Assembly (NCBI RefSeq): GCF_035487495.1
Contig: NZ_DATHMC010000181.1
Strand: one strand, 5' to 3'
DNA length: 64,000 nt
Source of the DNA: Undibacterium sp.
GTDB taxonomy: Bacteria; Pseudomonadota; Gammaproteobacteria; Burkholderiales; Burkholderiaceae_D
Made by a program: the position numbers and the translations under genes
Notes under the pieces: generated by a model
What the model was told of the DNA's origin: nothing
The model's database searches: none
Seen by the model: only the letters and a program-made list of their open reading frames with translations
In this document: positions 1 through 11,772 of the stretch, piece after piece
Layout: each line of letters starts with the position of its first letter
How positions within the stretch are numbered: the first letter of the stretch is position 1

Positions 1-158
1 GTGGCACAGGCAAGCACAAGGTGATGTTTGGCACCAACTTTCCCATGCTCACTCCCGCCGAGTGCCTCGCCGGTATCGACGCGCTGGAACTGACGGAGGA
101 GGTGCTTTCCTTATTCTTGGCCGGTAACGCGCGACGCGCATTCAAGCTAGATGCTTAA
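1..158 (+). CDS. Amidohydrolase family 2 protein, 3' end only (5' part outside window)
   Basis: Frame 3 reads GTGKHKVMFGTNFPMLTPAECLAGIDALELTEEVLSLFLAGNARRAFKLDA*, the typical C-terminus of this family (FGT[N/D][F/Y]P ... GNARR). Confidence 0.75.
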   Translation, partial: GTGKHKVMFGTNFPMLTPAECLAGIDALELTEEVLSLFLAGNARRAFKLDA

Positions 159-287
159 GGACCTGTTGCTCGCGACACATACTCAATCAACGACGTGGCG
201 TATTTTCCATGAGGTCACAATTGAACGCTATAGCCCCGATGCATAATGCAACACATCGCGCATACTCTACGTAACGGAGGATCCAGA

Positions 288-911
288 ATGGAACAAGCCC
301 AGTGGTACTTTGACCTTATTTCACCCTTCTCGTACTTGCACTATCACAGACTCCAGCCCTTGCGTGAACGATTGCAGATCCAGGCGGTACCGGTGCTTTT
401 CGCAGGTCTGCTGAAGCACTGGGGCACCAAGGGTCCCGCCGAAGTTCCGACGAAGCGCTTGCACACGTACCAGTACTGCGTCTGGGCTGCGAAACAGCAA
501 GGGCTAGCCTTCCGCATGCCTCCTCGCCATCCGTTCAACCCGCTCGCAAGCCAACGTCTCCTCGTTGCACTTGGCGCCACGGATGAGGTAGTGGAATCAG
601 CGTTTCACTTCGTCTACGGCGAGGGCCGCGATCCAGAGTACGAGTTTGCGGACATCGGCAAGCGGCTTGGGGCGGTCGATGCAGCTTCGCTGGTTGCCGC
701 TCCGGAAGTGAAGCAGCAACTCGCCGCGAACACACAGCGTGCAATTGCCTTGGGCGTATTCGGGGTGCCTACCCTGGTGTTCCGTGAAAGGCTCTTCTGG
801 GGAAGCGACACTATCGATTGGGTACTTCAGTTCCTTAACGAGCCGGATCTTTTTCAGCAGCCGGAATACGAAGCAGTGGCAAGGTCCGAGTTCGGCATTG
901 CCCGGACATGA
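288..911 (+). CDS. 2-hydroxychromene-2-carboxylate isomerase / kappa-class GST (DsbA-like)
   Basis: WYFDLISPFSYL N-terminal motif and GVFGVPT..FWGSD C-terminal motif; GGAGG RBS before ATG 288 (ORF track starts at 246). Confidence 0.85.
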   Translation: MEQAQWYFDLISPFSYLHYHRLQPLRERLQIQAVPVLFAGLLKHWGTKGPAEVPTKRLHTYQYCVWAAKQQGLAFRMPPRHPFNPLASQRLLVALGATDEVVESAFHFVYGEGRDPEYEFADIGKRLGAVDAASLVAAPEVKQQLAANTQRAIALGVFGVPTLVFRERLFWGSDTIDWVLQFLNEPDLFQQPEYEAVARSEFGIART

Positions 912-917
912 TTCAAC

Positions 918-1715
918 TTAGCCTTCTGCCAAAATGTAGCTGCGCAGACGTAGAACATGAACCACCAAGGAGCCCTTGCGAGGCTCACGGTGGACAAGTC
1001 CACGCTGATTGAATATTTTGATGGCCGCATTCACTCGCTGCCGGCATAGTCCGCATATCAAGGCAAGTTCGTGCTGCGGAATCGATAACTCCTGCGCGTC
1101 TCCGCCTCCGTTCTCGGCAAGCATCAAGAGTGCTCTTGCTACCCGCATCTCCGGCCCAAGCAGGCGAGATGCTGCCAGCATTCCCACAAACACACCCATA
1201 CGCTCATTCATGGTGTCGCAAAGGAAGTGGTTGAACTCGATGGACGATTGACGCAGCGTCTCAAAGGTCTTCGCAGGAACCATGCAAAGGTGGACTGGGG
1301 TAAGCGCGCGCAAATCGTACCTCAAAACCTCCCTCTTCAGCAACGTTCCGTCGCCACCCCACTCTCCCTCCCGCAGGCAATACAGGGTGGTCTCGGCACC
1401 GTCCGAACTGACGACATACATTTGCAGGAAGCCGTGCATGAGTCCGTACCAGTGGATGCAGGGTTCACCCGCTCGAGCGATATATTCCCCAGGGACAGCG
1501 GTCCTTTCAATCGCAGTTGCCAGTATCAGCGAGCGCAGCTCAAGCGACAGCACGCGATACCACGGCCATTTCTCCAGAAAATCGAGCAATTTGGCATTCG
1601 GCACTTGCTCTGCCGTCTGCATGCTCGCTGGAAAATACCGTTCATCTGCCGCACGGTGCCCTCGCGACGATACAAAAGGCGTACGTGCCACTTCAGCTTT
1701 GGCAGCATCATTCAT
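918..1715 (-). CDS. Crp/Fnr family transcriptional regulator
   Basis: cNMP-binding fold (WYGLMHG..EGEWGGDG) and C-terminal HTH (QHELALICGLCRQRVN); start uncertain, ORF extends to 1874. Confidence 0.85.
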   Translation of the reverse strand: MNDAAKAEVARTPFVSSRGHRAADERYFPASMQTAEQVPNAKLLDFLEKWPWYRVLSLELRSLILATAIERTAVPGEYIARAGEPCIHWYGLMHGFLQMYVVSSDGAETTLYCLREGEWGGDGTLLKREVLRYDLRALTPVHLCMVPAKTFETLRQSSIEFNHFLCDTMNERMGVFVGMLAASRLLGPEMRVARALLMLAENGGGDAQELSIPQHELALICGLCRQRVNAAIKIFNQRGLVHREPRKGSLVVHVLRLRSYILAEG

Positions 1716-1779
1716 CAGATTTTCTCCGCAGTGAACTCGCGCATCCGTTGCACCGCCCGCAGCGCGCCAGCCCAGTATT

Positions 1780-2820
<1,041 letters not shown>

Positions 2821-3573
2821 TTATTTTCTTCTGCGTGGTGCTTCTGTTCGATCCCCATGAGGGAGATCGGTTAAAGGGGGTGGCGCCACGGTCGTTGACG
2901 ATGCGTCCTTCTTGAATTGAGCCGCCGCCCTGGTCTGACTGCGTTGAATCAGCCCATTCATCAGGACGGAAATACATTGGTCAGCGATTTCATCGGGTCT
3001 AAGTGGGCCGTCTGGGCGATACCAGCGTCCGATCCAGCTTAACGCTCCGGCGAGGGTGAATGCGGCGACTTTCGGGTCGCACGGTGCCAGCGCTCCTTCG
3101 GCAATTCCTTGCTCTATCAGGCTGCGAAACTCGCGATCAATCTCTGCTTTCAATTTGCGGAGCTTCCTTCGACTCTCTGGCGGCAGCGGATCCTCACCGA
3201 CCCGGATGAGGCACATCCCGAAATCGAGGGTGACGATTTCCGCGTACTTGCGCATCGCTGCAATCAGCTTGGCCATCGCCGTTCCGCCAGAAGCGCTGAC
3301 CTCGGCAATCGCCTCTCGCATCATCTCGAGCCCAATGCGAACGCATTCGAACAAGATCTCCTCTTTATTTTTGACGTAGTAATACAGAGTCGGCTTCGTG
3401 ATGTGCAGCCGCTCGGCAACCTCATCCAGCGACGTAGCGTGGAAGCCCTTTTCGTTGAAGATCTGCGCTGCCGTTCGAAGCACGGCCTCGCGCTTGATCT
3501 CGCGCTCTCGCTCACGATCTCGCGATTTGCTCCAGGGTGACATCTGTGTAACGCGACTCACGTTCTCACTCAT
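2821..3573 (-). CDS. TetR/AcrR family regulator
   Basis: HTH AAQIFNEKGFHATSLDEVAERLHITKPTLYYY and a TetR_C-type C-terminus. Confidence 0.9.
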   Translation of the reverse strand: MSENVSRVTQMSPWSKSRDREREREIKREAVLRTAAQIFNEKGFHATSLDEVAERLHITKPTLYYYVKNKEEILFECVRIGLEMMREAIAEVSASGGTAMAKLIAAMRKYAEIVTLDFGMCLIRVGEDPLPPESRRKLRKLKAEIDREFRSLIEQGIAEGALAPCDPKVAAFTLAGALSWIGRWYRPDGPLRPDEIADQCISVLMNGLIQRSQTRAAAQFKKDASSTTVAPPPLTDLPHGDRTEAPRRRK

Positions 3574-3664
3574 TGCAAAATACCCTTTTCGATGCCCGGT
3601 ACGAGGGAAGCGCAACCCCTCGTCAGCCGTGACCTTCTTAACGTCTGTCGACTTGATAATAGGT

Positions 3665-3698
3665 ATAATATCTACCCATGAGTTGAATGTCTACTCAT
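3665..3698 (-). promoter_or_regulatory. Putative sigma70 promoter of tetR (TAGACA-N17-TATTAT) overlapped by a 21-bp palindromic operator
   Basis: ATGAGTTGAATGTCTACTCAT at 3678-3698; minus-strand -35 at 3688-3693 and -10 at 3665-3670. Confidence 0.55.
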
Positions 3699-3764
3699 TA
3701 GTAACATAAGAACCCCAGCAGCATATATGGCAAGCAAGTATTTTTTAACATTGAGGAAATAACT

Positions 3765-4595
3765 ATGTCGGGATATCTGCAGGAAGTCGAAAGCACGATC
3801 CGCAGCAAAGCGGTCACCATTCCGTCGCTACTGGCCATGCGCAGTGCAGATGAAAAGATTGCGATGCTGACCTGCTACGATGCCAGCTTCGCTTCACTAA
3901 TGGACCGCTGCGGCGTTGATATGTTGCTGGTGGGAGATTCGCTCGGCAATGTGGCGCAAGGACACAGCACGACATTGCCGGTCACGCTCGCAGATATTGC
4001 CTATCACACTGCGTGTGTCGCGCGCGGGAACCAAACTGCGCTGCTGGTTGCAGACATGCCATTCGGCACTTATGCCACTCCACAGTCCGCATTCGACAAT
4101 GCCGTGAAACTGATGCAGGCAGGTGCGCAGATGGTCAAACTTGAAGGCGGCGCCTGGCTGGTCGACACAGTGAAGTTCCTTACCGAGCGCGCCGTACCGG
4201 TATTTGCCCATCTCGGCCTGACGCCGCAGTACGTGCATCAACTCGGCGGATTCAAGGTGCAGGGTAAAACGGCGGAAGGCGCGGAGCGGCTGAAAGCGGA
4301 CGCACAGGCGCTCCAGGCAGCGGGTGCATCGCTTCTGCTTCTAGAGGCTATTCCGAGGGGATTGGGCAAGGAAGTGACGGATATGCTGAACATTCCGACC
4401 ATCGGCATTGGCGCAGGGCTGGACTGTTCTGGGCAAGTGCTCGTGATGCACGATATGTTGGGTGTATTTCCGGGCAAGAAGGCTCGCTTCGTACATAACT
4501 TCATGGCAGGACAGTCGAGCATTGAAGGCGCGATCCGGGCCTATATTGGGGCGGTGAAGAACAAGTCCTTCCCTGCCGTGGAGCACTGCTTTTAA
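3765..4595 (+). CDS. panB: 3-methyl-2-oxobutanoate hydroxymethyltransferase
   Basis: [24 protein letters not shown] and HLGLTPQ motifs. Confidence 0.95.
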   Translation: MSGYLQEVESTIRSKAVTIPSLLAMRSADEKIAMLTCYDASFASLMDRCGVDMLLVGDSLGNVAQGHSTTLPVTLADIAYHTACVARGNQTALLVADMPFGTYATPQSAFDNAVKLMQAGAQMVKLEGGAWLVDTVKFLTERAVPVFAHLGLTPQYVHQLGGFKVQGKTAEGAERLKADAQALQAAGASLLLLEAIPRGLGKEVTDMLNIPTIGIGAGLDCSGQVLVMHDMLGVFPGKKARFVHNFMAGQSSIEGAIRAYIGAVKNKSFPAVEHCF

Positions 4596-4729
4596 ATGGA
4601 TACCGACACAATTTTTCATCTCATTCGCAAAATTCGACTGATGGACCAGTAATCCATTGATTTATATGAGGTGCATTTTCAGGTTTTATTTTTATTTTTC
4701 AGTTTTTATTTTTTCTCACACGGGTAACA

Positions 4730-5635
4730 TCACTCCGCAAATTGTTCGGCAATAAAGCCGCGCAGCCACTGGTTGCCCTCATCCTGGTTGTAACGGCGGT
4801 GCCAAAACATATTGGTCTGCAGGGACGGCAGCCGTAGCGGCGGCTTTACGTATTGCAAATTGAAGGGTGCAGCGGCCCTTTCGGCCAGTTTTTGCGGCAC
4901 CGTGACCAGCAGGTCGGTGGTGCTGACTATGTAAGGTACGGCGACGAAATGCGGTACGCTGAATTGCGACGCGGCCCTGATCCCGGCCTTTTCCAGGCTC
5001 TGGTTGATACTGTCGTACGGGCTTTCCATCGATGCGACGATCAGGTGGCGCGCCGCCAGGAAATCCTTCAGGCCCATCTTCGCGCTCGCCAGCGGATGCC
5101 CGGCCCGGAACATGCTGACATAGTTTTGCTTGAACAGGCGGCGCTGATACAGCGCGCCGGACAGGTTGTCGAACGCGCCTATCGCCAGGTCCACCCGGCC
5201 GGCCTCCATCTCTGCCTTCAGGTCTACGCTGCTGGCGCGCACCGTGCTGACCTGTATCTGCGGCGCAAACTCGCGGCACTTATCCACCAGCACCGGCATG
5301 AAATACACCTCGCCGACATCCGTCATCGCGATCGTGAAATGGCGGCGGCTGGCAGCGGCGTCAAAGTGCTCGTGCCGGTTCAATGCCTTGCTCACCTGCG
5401 CCAGCGCAGCCGCGATCGGCTCGGCCAGTTGCTCGGCAAGCGGCGTGGGCTGCATGCCCGATACGGTGCGCACGAACAATTCATCGCCGAAACTGCGGCG
5501 CAGCCTGGCCAGCGCATTGCTGATCGCCGGTTGCGACAACCCCAGTTTTTTAGCGACCGACGAGATTTGCCTCTCCTGAAACACTTCCTGGAATACCACC
5601 AGCAGGTTCAGGTCGATCTCCCTGGGCTCTATCAT
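4730..5635 (-). CDS. LysR family regulator divergent from hmgA
   Basis: N-terminal HTH DLNLLVVF..LGLSQPAISNALARLR and a substrate-binding domain. Confidence 0.92.
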   Translation of the reverse strand: MIEPREIDLNLLVVFQEVFQERQISSVAKKLGLSQPAISNALARLRRSFGDELFVRTVSGMQPTPLAEQLAEPIAAALAQVSKALNRHEHFDAAASRRHFTIAMTDVGEVYFMPVLVDKCREFAPQIQVSTVRASSVDLKAEMEAGRVDLAIGAFDNLSGALYQRRLFKQNYVSMFRAGHPLASAKMGLKDFLAARHLIVASMESPYDSINQSLEKAGIRAASQFSVPHFVAVPYIVSTTDLLVTVPQKLAERAAAPFNLQYVKPPLRLPSLQTNMFWHRRYNQDEGNQWLRGFIAEQFAE

Positions 5636-5752
5636 TTCTGCACCTATTATTCATAATATCAATGGACTACATTTTTGTATTTATAGCGTAAAAGCGCGCG
5701 GTTTGCACTAAAGTAGTGGCTAGAACTCATTACAAGGCGTGAAGGGAACTCC

Positions 5753-7093
5753 ATGAATACCGTGACCGAAGGCCGTCAGGCCGCTATATTGCAAACCGGC
5801 AAACCGGCCTATCAATCCGGCTTTGCCAATGAGTTTGCCACCGAAGCGCTGCCCGGCGCATTGCCGAAAAACCAGAATTCGCCGCAAAAAGTCGCGTACG
5901 GCTTGTATGCGGAGCAAGTCTCCGGCACCGCATTTACCGCGCCGCGCCATCAGAACCGCCGCTCCTGGCTGTATCGGATACGCCCGGCGGCGATGCACCA
6001 GCCGTTCGCGCAGATCGCCAATCGCGGCATCGTCAGCCATTTCGACCAGGTGGCGACGCCGCCGGACCAGTTGCGCTGGGACCCTTTGCCGATGCCTGCC
6101 GCAGCGACCGACTTCATCCAGGGCTGGGTGACGATGGCCGGCAACGGCTCGCCGGAGGCACAGAGCGGCTGCGCCATCCATCTGTATGCGGCCAATCGCG
6201 ATATGACCGATAGCTTTTTTTATTCCGCCGACGGCGAATTGCTGATCGTGCCGCAGCAGGGCCGCCTGCAGTTGCGCACGGAACTGGGCGTAATCGAGCT
6301 GGAGCCGCAAGAGATCGCGGTAGTGCCGCGCGGCATACGCTTCCAGGTCAGCTTGCCGGACGGCGAGGCACGCGGCTATATCTGCGAGAACTTCGGCGCG
6401 CTGCTGCGCCTGCCGGACCTGGGCGTGATCGGCTCCAACGGCCTGGCCAACCCGCGCGATTTCCAGACCCCGCACGCGTGGTATGAAGACCGCGAAGGCG
6501 CTTTTGAACTGATCGCCAAGTTCGGCGGCAACCTGTGGAGCGCCAAGATCGACCACTCGCCGCTGGATGTGGTGGCCTGGCACGGCAACTACGCGCCGTA
6601 CAAATACGACCTGCGCCATTTCAATACCATAGGCTCGATCAGCTACGACCATCCCGATCCGTCCATCTTCCTGGTGTTACAGGCACCCAGCGATACGCCG
6701 GGCGTGGACACGCTGGATTTCGTGATCTTCCCGCCGCGCTGGCTGGCAGCGGAAAACACTTTCCGTCCGCCGTGGTTCCACCGCAATATCGCCAGCGAAT
6801 TCATGGGCCTGATCCACGGCCAGTATGACGCCAAATCGGCCGGCTTCCGTCCGGGCGGCGCCAGCCTGCACAATTGCATGAGCGGCCACGGCCCCGACGC
6901 ACCCACCTTTGACAAGGCCAGCAACGCCGACACCAGCGCACCGCATAAAGTGGACAACACGATGGCCTTCATGTTTGAAACCCGCCACGTGATACGGCCT
7001 ACGCAATATGCGTTGGCATCCCCCCAATTGCAGCGCGATTATTATCAGTGCTGGATGGGCATACAAAAAAACTTTAATCCGGAGCAAGCATAA
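5753..7093 (+). CDS. hmgA: Homogentisate 1,2-dioxygenase
   Basis: [31 protein letters not shown] and [12 protein letters not shown] motifs. Confidence 0.97.
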   Translation: MNTVTEGRQAAILQTGKPAYQSGFANEFATEALPGALPKNQNSPQKVAYGLYAEQVSGTAFTAPRHQNRRSWLYRIRPAAMHQPFAQIANRGIVSHFDQVATPPDQLRWDPLPMPAAATDFIQGWVTMAGNGSPEAQSGCAIHLYAANRDMTDSFFYSADGELLIVPQQGRLQLRTELGVIELEPQEIAVVPRGIRFQVSLPDGEARGYICENFGALLRLPDLGVIGSNGLANPRDFQTPHAWYEDREGAFELIAKFGGNLWSAKIDHSPLDVVAWHGNYAPYKYDLRHFNTIGSISYDHPDPSIFLVLQAPSDTPGVDTLDFVIFPPRWLAAENTFRPPWFHRNIASEFMGLIHGQYDAKSAGFRPGGASLHNCMSGHGPDAPTFDKASNADTSAPHKVDNTMAFMFETRHVIRPTQYALASPQLQRDYYQCWMGIQKNFNPEQA

Positions 7094-8427
7094 TGAGTAC
7101 GCCTTTGAATGAAACCCATGATGTCGCACTGCGCAGCTGGGTCGCATCCGCCAATCTGCCGGACAGCGATTTTCCGATCCAGAATTTGCCGTTCGCGGTA
7201 TTTCGCCGTCAAGGCGACACCGGCGCTTTCCATATAGGCGTAGCGATAGGCGATCAGATCCTGGACCTGCACGCGGCACACGCAGCGAATGCGTTTGCCG
7301 GCGCCGACCGCCTGGGCAGTGAGGCCGTAGCCAAGGCGCTGGAAAGCGCCAGCCTGAATGCGTTGATGGGGCTGGGCGCCGAAGTGTGGTCGGCCTTGCG
7401 CCTGGCCCTGTCGCGCATATTGCGCGCAGGCGCGACGCAACAAGCCGGCCTGCAGAACGCCATGCTGGCGCAAGCCGATGCCGAATACGGGCTGCCGGCG
7501 CAGATAGGCGACTACACCGACTTCTATACCTCGGTGTATCACGCCACGGCGATAGGCAAGCTGTTCCGTCCGGATAATCCGCTGCTGCCCAACTATAAAT
7601 GGGTGCCGATAGGCTATCACGGCCGCTCTTCTTCCATCGGCGTGTCCGGCCAACAATTCCGCCGCCCTTTGGGCCAGACCAAGCCGCCAACCTCGGATAC
7701 CCCGGTATTCGGCCCCAGCAAGCGTATGGACTATGAGTTGGAGATCGGCATTTTTGTCGGCAAAGGCAATGAACTGGGCGATGCAGTCACGCTGGACCAG
7801 GCCGAGTCCCATGTGTTCGGTCTGTGCCTGCTGAACGACTGGTCGGCGCGTGATATCCAGGCTTGGGAATACCAGCCGCTGGGCCCTTTCCTGGCAAAAA
7901 ATTTCGCCTCCACCATCTCGCCGTGGATAGTCACGCTGGAAGCGCTGGCCCCGTACCGCCTGGCATGGCAGCGCGAGCAGGCCGATCCGCAACCGATGGC
8001 CTACCTGGACTCCGCCGATTTGCGCGCGAGCGGCGCATTTGACGTGCAGCTGCAGGTCTTGCTGCAAACCCAGGCCATGCGCGAACAGGGCATCGCGGCG
8101 CAAAGCCTGTCGCAATCCAATTTCCGCCACTCTTACTGGAGCGTATCGCAACTGGTGGCCCACCACACGGTCAATGGCTGCAACCTGCGTCCGGGCGACC
8201 TGCTGGGCTCGGGCACGCAATCCGGCCCCACCGCGCCGGAAGCCGGTTCCTTGCTGGAACTGACCGCGGGCGGGCGGGAAGCGATCGCTTTCCCTAACGG
8301 TGAAAAACGCATCTTCATCGAAGACGGCGACACTATCGTGATGCGCGGCTGGGCGCACAAGCCCGGATGCGCCAGGATAGGTTTCGGTGAAGTCAGCGGC
8401 ACGGTATTGCCGGCACGCTCGATGTAA
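7093..8427 (+). CDS. fahA: Fumarylacetoacetase
   Basis: FPIQNLPF, DYTDFY, PIGYHGRSSS, DYELE and NDWSARDIQ motifs; coupled to the hmgA stop codon. Confidence 0.97.
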   Translation: MSTPLNETHDVALRSWVASANLPDSDFPIQNLPFAVFRRQGDTGAFHIGVAIGDQILDLHAAHAANAFAGADRLGSEAVAKALESASLNALMGLGAEVWSALRLALSRILRAGATQQAGLQNAMLAQADAEYGLPAQIGDYTDFYTSVYHATAIGKLFRPDNPLLPNYKWVPIGYHGRSSSIGVSGQQFRRPLGQTKPPTSDTPVFGPSKRMDYELEIGIFVGKGNELGDAVTLDQAESHVFGLCLLNDWSARDIQAWEYQPLGPFLAKNFASTISPWIVTLEALAPYRLAWQREQADPQPMAYLDSADLRASGAFDVQLQVLLQTQAMREQGIAAQSLSQSNFRHSYWSVSQLVAHHTVNGCNLRPGDLLGSGTQSGPTAPEAGSLLELTAGGREAIAFPNGEKRIFIEDGDTIVMRGWAHKPGCARIGFGEVSGTVLPARSM

Positions 8428-8449
8428 CGCAGCGCTGAAACAAAAACCG

Positions 8450-8481
8450 AACGGCCCCTCGTTTGAGCGGGCCGTTTTTTT
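8450..8481 (+). terminator. Rho-independent terminator after fahA
   Basis: AACGGCCC-CTC-GTTT-GAG-C-GGGCCGTT followed by a T-run. Confidence 0.85.
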
Positions 8482-8553
8482 ATTTGGCCATCAAATCCGC
8501 AAAGTCTCAACACCGCTTTCACTCTAACAGTTTCAATGATTCCGTTTTCTCCA

Positions 8554-8592
8554 TATGCGGAAACCGCATATCAAACCGCGAAACTATTCGTT
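8554..8592 (+). promoter_or_regulatory. Putative CysB/Cbl-family binding site upstream of sbp
   Basis: TATGCG-N9-TATCAA-N3-GCG-N5-ATTCGTT; identical blocks and spacing recur upstream of cysT. Confidence 0.6.
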
Positions 8593-8691
8593 CTTGTTTC
8601 ATCTGCTTGGCCTTAATCTGCCTTCCTCGCATTCTATTTTAGGGAAGCTGTTCCAGCCTCCCGACCAAAACGAAAACAAGGAAAACTGCAG

Positions 8692-9702
8692 ATGAAACTG
8701 AAAAACCTGTTCTTAGCCGCATCCATCGCCGTGACCGGAAACATCTCGGTCGCGCATGCCGCCGACATCTCGCTGCTGAATGTTTCTTACGATCCTACCC
8801 GCGAACTGTACCAGGATGTGAACCAGGCATTTGCCAAACAGTGGAAAGCCAAGACCGGCGACAATGTGACGATCAAGCAGTCCCATGGCGGCTCCGGCAA
8901 GCAGGCGCGCGCCGTGATCGACGGCCTGGACGCCGATGTGGTGACGCTGGCGCTGGCCTACGATACCGACGCGATCGCTGAGCGCGGCCTGTTGTCCAAG
9001 GAGTGGCAAAAACGCCTGCCGCACAATAGCTCCCCGTATTCCTCCACCATCGTGTTCCTGGTGCGCAAAGGCAATCCCAAAGCCATCAAGGACTGGAACG
9101 ACCTGATCAAGCCGGGCGTATCTGTGATCACTCCGAATCCCAAAACCTCCGGCGGCGCCCGCTGGAATCATCTGGCAGCCTGGGGCTATGCCTTGAAACT
9201 GCCGGGCGGCAGCCCGTCCACGGCCAAAGACTTCCTGGGCAAGCTGTATAAGAACGTGCCGGTACTGGATTCCGGCGCGCGCGGCGCGACCACCACCTTC
9301 GTCGAGCGTGGCATCGGCGACGTGTTGCTGGCCTGGGAGAATGAAGCGCTGCTGGCGATCAAGGAACTGGGTCCGGACAAGGTAGAGATTGTCGCGCCGT
9401 CCACCAGCATCCTGGCGGAGCCGTCCATCGCCGTAGTCGACAAGGTAGCGGACCGGCGCGGTACCCGCAAAGTGGCCGAGGCTTACCTGAACTTCCTGTA
9501 CACCGACGAAGGCCAGGAAATCATTGCGAAAAACTACTATCGCCCGACGACAGAAAAAGCCTCGAAGAAATATGCATCGCAATTCCCTCACGTGAAGCTG
9601 TTCACGATAGACGACACGTTCGGCGGCTGGACCAGGGCGCAGAAAGAGCATTTCGCGGACGGCGGCATCTTCGACCAAATCTATCAACCCGGCAAGAAGT
9701 AA
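8692..9702 (+). CDS. sbp: Sulfate ABC transporter periplasmic binding protein
   Basis: Signal peptide; [24 protein letters not shown] and [10 protein letters not shown] motifs. Confidence 0.97.
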   Translation: MKLKNLFLAASIAVTGNISVAHAADISLLNVSYDPTRELYQDVNQAFAKQWKAKTGDNVTIKQSHGGSGKQARAVIDGLDADVVTLALAYDTDAIAERGLLSKEWQKRLPHNSSPYSSTIVFLVRKGNPKAIKDWNDLIKPGVSVITPNPKTSGGARWNHLAAWGYALKLPGGSPSTAKDFLGKLYKNVPVLDSGARGATTTFVERGIGDVLLAWENEALLAIKELGPDKVEIVAPSTSILAEPSIAVVDKVADRRGTRKVAEAYLNFLYTDEGQEIIAKNYYRPTTEKASKKYASQFPHVKLFTIDDTFGGWTRAQKEHFADGGIFDQIYQPGKK

Positions 9703-9825
9703 GCCCGATCCGATAAGCTAAACATAAGCGGCATGCCGCGAACATCCTGCTGCTGTCTGGAAGCTCGCCCCAGACACTGCAGCCAGCTTGCGGCCGGCGC
9801 CTGCCGCAATGAACAAGGAACAGCA

Positions 9826-10668
9826 ATGCCCTCCCCCGCACTACAAAAATACCTGACCCATCTGTATAGCACCCAGGGCGCCAGCACCAATATCTGGCTG
9901 GACGCAGAAGGCCGCGCCCGTGGCCGCTATTTCAATTCCACACTGACCAGCGCGTTCCAGCCGATACGCTCCAGCGTCAGCCGCGGGATCATAGGCTATG
10001 AGGGTTATGCACGCAGCTACGCCGTCAACGATCAGGGCCTGAACGTGTGGAAACTGCTGGATCATGCCGCCAATGACAACGAGTCGATAGAACTGGACAG
10101 ACTGTGCCGCATCCTGCACGCGATCAATTTCTACCGGCAGCCCGAGAGCCATGGCATGGACTTGTACCTGACCGTCCATACCCGCTTGCTGGCTGCGGTC
10201 GAAGGCAATCACGGCATGGCTTTCCGCCGCATCCTGGACATACTGGAATTGCCGCATCGGCACATCGTATTGCAACTGCCGCCAATCACTCCCAGCCAGC
10301 GCTGGGTGCTGAACCATGTTGCGGATAACTATCGCCGCAACGGATTTCGCATAGGGATCAACGCCGGCGACGCGCACCAGGCGCTGGACTTGCTGGAAAG
10401 GGTCAGGCCAAATGTCGTCAAGCTCAATGCCAACGGCGCGATTGCCTTGGAAGCGCATTGCAGCTTGCTGGAGCAAGCCGATCGAGCCGGCAGTCGCGTG
10501 GTGTTCAAACACATAGAAAATGAAGACAGGCTGCAGGCCTTGCTGAAAAGCCATACGGCGGCCGAATATTTCCTGCAAGGCTACCTGCTGGATTTGCCAG
10601 CAGCTGGACTTGTTGCCAAGCAAGCAAAAACCCTGGAGAGGGCCGAAACGCAAACGCAGGCTGTCTGA
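9826..10668 (+). CDS. Degenerate stand-alone EAL-domain protein
   Basis: SAFQPI..IIGYEGYAR, VVKL, KHIEN and LQGY are EAL-fold landmarks; DDFGTG and EGVE motifs are absent. Confidence 0.75.
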   Translation: MPSPALQKYLTHLYSTQGASTNIWLDAEGRARGRYFNSTLTSAFQPIRSSVSRGIIGYEGYARSYAVNDQGLNVWKLLDHAANDNESIELDRLCRILHAINFYRQPESHGMDLYLTVHTRLLAAVEGNHGMAFRRILDILELPHRHIVLQLPPITPSQRWVLNHVADNYRRNGFRIGINAGDAHQALDLLERVRPNVVKLNANGAIALEAHCSLLEQADRAGSRVVFKHIENEDRLQALLKSHTAAEYFLQGYLLDLPAAGLVAKQAKTLERAETQTQAV

Positions 10669-10817
10669 ATCGCAAAGTCTGCTTCGTCTTTGTCTTTGCA
10701 AGCGCGCAGACGGGCTCGCCAGCTCCCGCCTGTCCAGTACGCCAATGCCCCTCTATGCCGTTAAATATAGAGAAATGCGTAGCGATTGCAAAAATCCTGC
10801 CATTCCCAACTTTTGCT

Positions 10818-10856
10818 TATGCGCATTTGTTCTATCAACATGCGTAAAAATTCGTT
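10818..10856 (+). promoter_or_regulatory. Putative CysB/Cbl-family binding site upstream of cysT
   Basis: Second copy of TATGCG-N9-TATCAA-N3-GCG-N5-ATTCGTT. Confidence 0.6.
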
Positions 10857-10920
10857 TTACTTATAACCAAACGCTGCCATCATCGGCATTCCATAGTCAT
10901 ATATGTAATAAGGGCCGCGA

Positions 10921-11772
10921 ATGGCATCCAGTACCTTTCCCGCAAAATCCTCGGCGCAGCGCGTGATGCCGGGCTTTCACTTATCGCTGGGATTTACCTT
11001 GTTCTACCTGGGCCTGATTGTCCTGATCCCCTTGTCGGCGGTGTTTTTGAAGACCTTCACGATGACCTGGGAGGCCTTCTGGAACACCGTCACATCCGAG
11101 CGCGTGCTGGCTTCTTATAAGCTGACTTTCGGCGCTTCGCTGATCGGCGCTGTATTGAATACCTTCTTCGGCGGCATCGTCGCCTGGATACTGGTGCGCT
11201 ATCGATTCCCAGGCAAAAAACTGATCGACGCAGTGGTGGACCTGCCCTTTGCACTACCCACCGCCGTGGCCGGCATTACCCTGGCCGCCTTGTATTCTCC
11301 TAACGGCTGGATAGGCCGCTTGCTGGAACCGCTGGGCTGGAAGGTAGCATTTACGCCGCTGGGGGTGGTCGTCGCGCTGACCTTCATCGGCCTGCCCTTT
11401 GTCGTGCGCACCGTGCAACCGGTGCTGGAAGAAGCCGAGAAAGAGCTGGAAGAAGCAGCAATCAGCCTGGGCGCCGGCCACTGGCAAACCTTTACCAGGG
11501 TCATCCTGCCCACCATCCTGCCGGCGCTGATGACAGGCTTTGCGCTGGCCTTCGCGCGCGCCACCGGCGAATACGGCTCGGTGATCTTCATCGCAGGCAA
11601 TATGCCGATGGTGTCGGAGATCACGCCGCTGTTCATGATCACCAAGCTGGAACAATACGATTATGCCGGTGCTACAGCCATCGCGGTCGTGATGCTGCTG
11701 CTGTCGTTTTCCCTGCTGCTGGCCATCAATGCTCTGCAAGCCTGGAGTCGCAAAAAGAATGAGGCAAACTGA
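10921..11772 (+). CDS. cysT: Sulfate ABC transporter permease CysT (CysU)
   Basis: [21 protein letters not shown] (EAA loop) and GEYGSVIF motifs. Confidence 0.96.
   Translation: MASSTFPAKSSAQRVMPGFHLSLGFTLFYLGLIVLIPLSAVFLKTFTMTWEAFWNTVTSERVLASYKLTFGASLIGAVLNTFFGGIVAWILVRYRFPGKKLIDAVVDLPFALPTAVAGITLAALYSPNGWIGRLLEPLGWKVAFTPLGVVVALTFIGLPFVVRTVQPVLEEAEKELEEAAISLGAGHWQTFTRVILPTILPALMTGFALAFARATGEYGSVIFIAGNMPMVSEITPLFMITKLEQYDYAGATAIAVVMLLLSFSLLLAINALQAWSRKKNEAN

Noticed and set aside
5753-8427. hmgA-fahA lacking maiA, with the idea that the kappa-GST at 288-911 substitutes
   Set aside because: maiA is often encoded elsewhere, and the GST lies in a separate, compositionally different block; nothing links them
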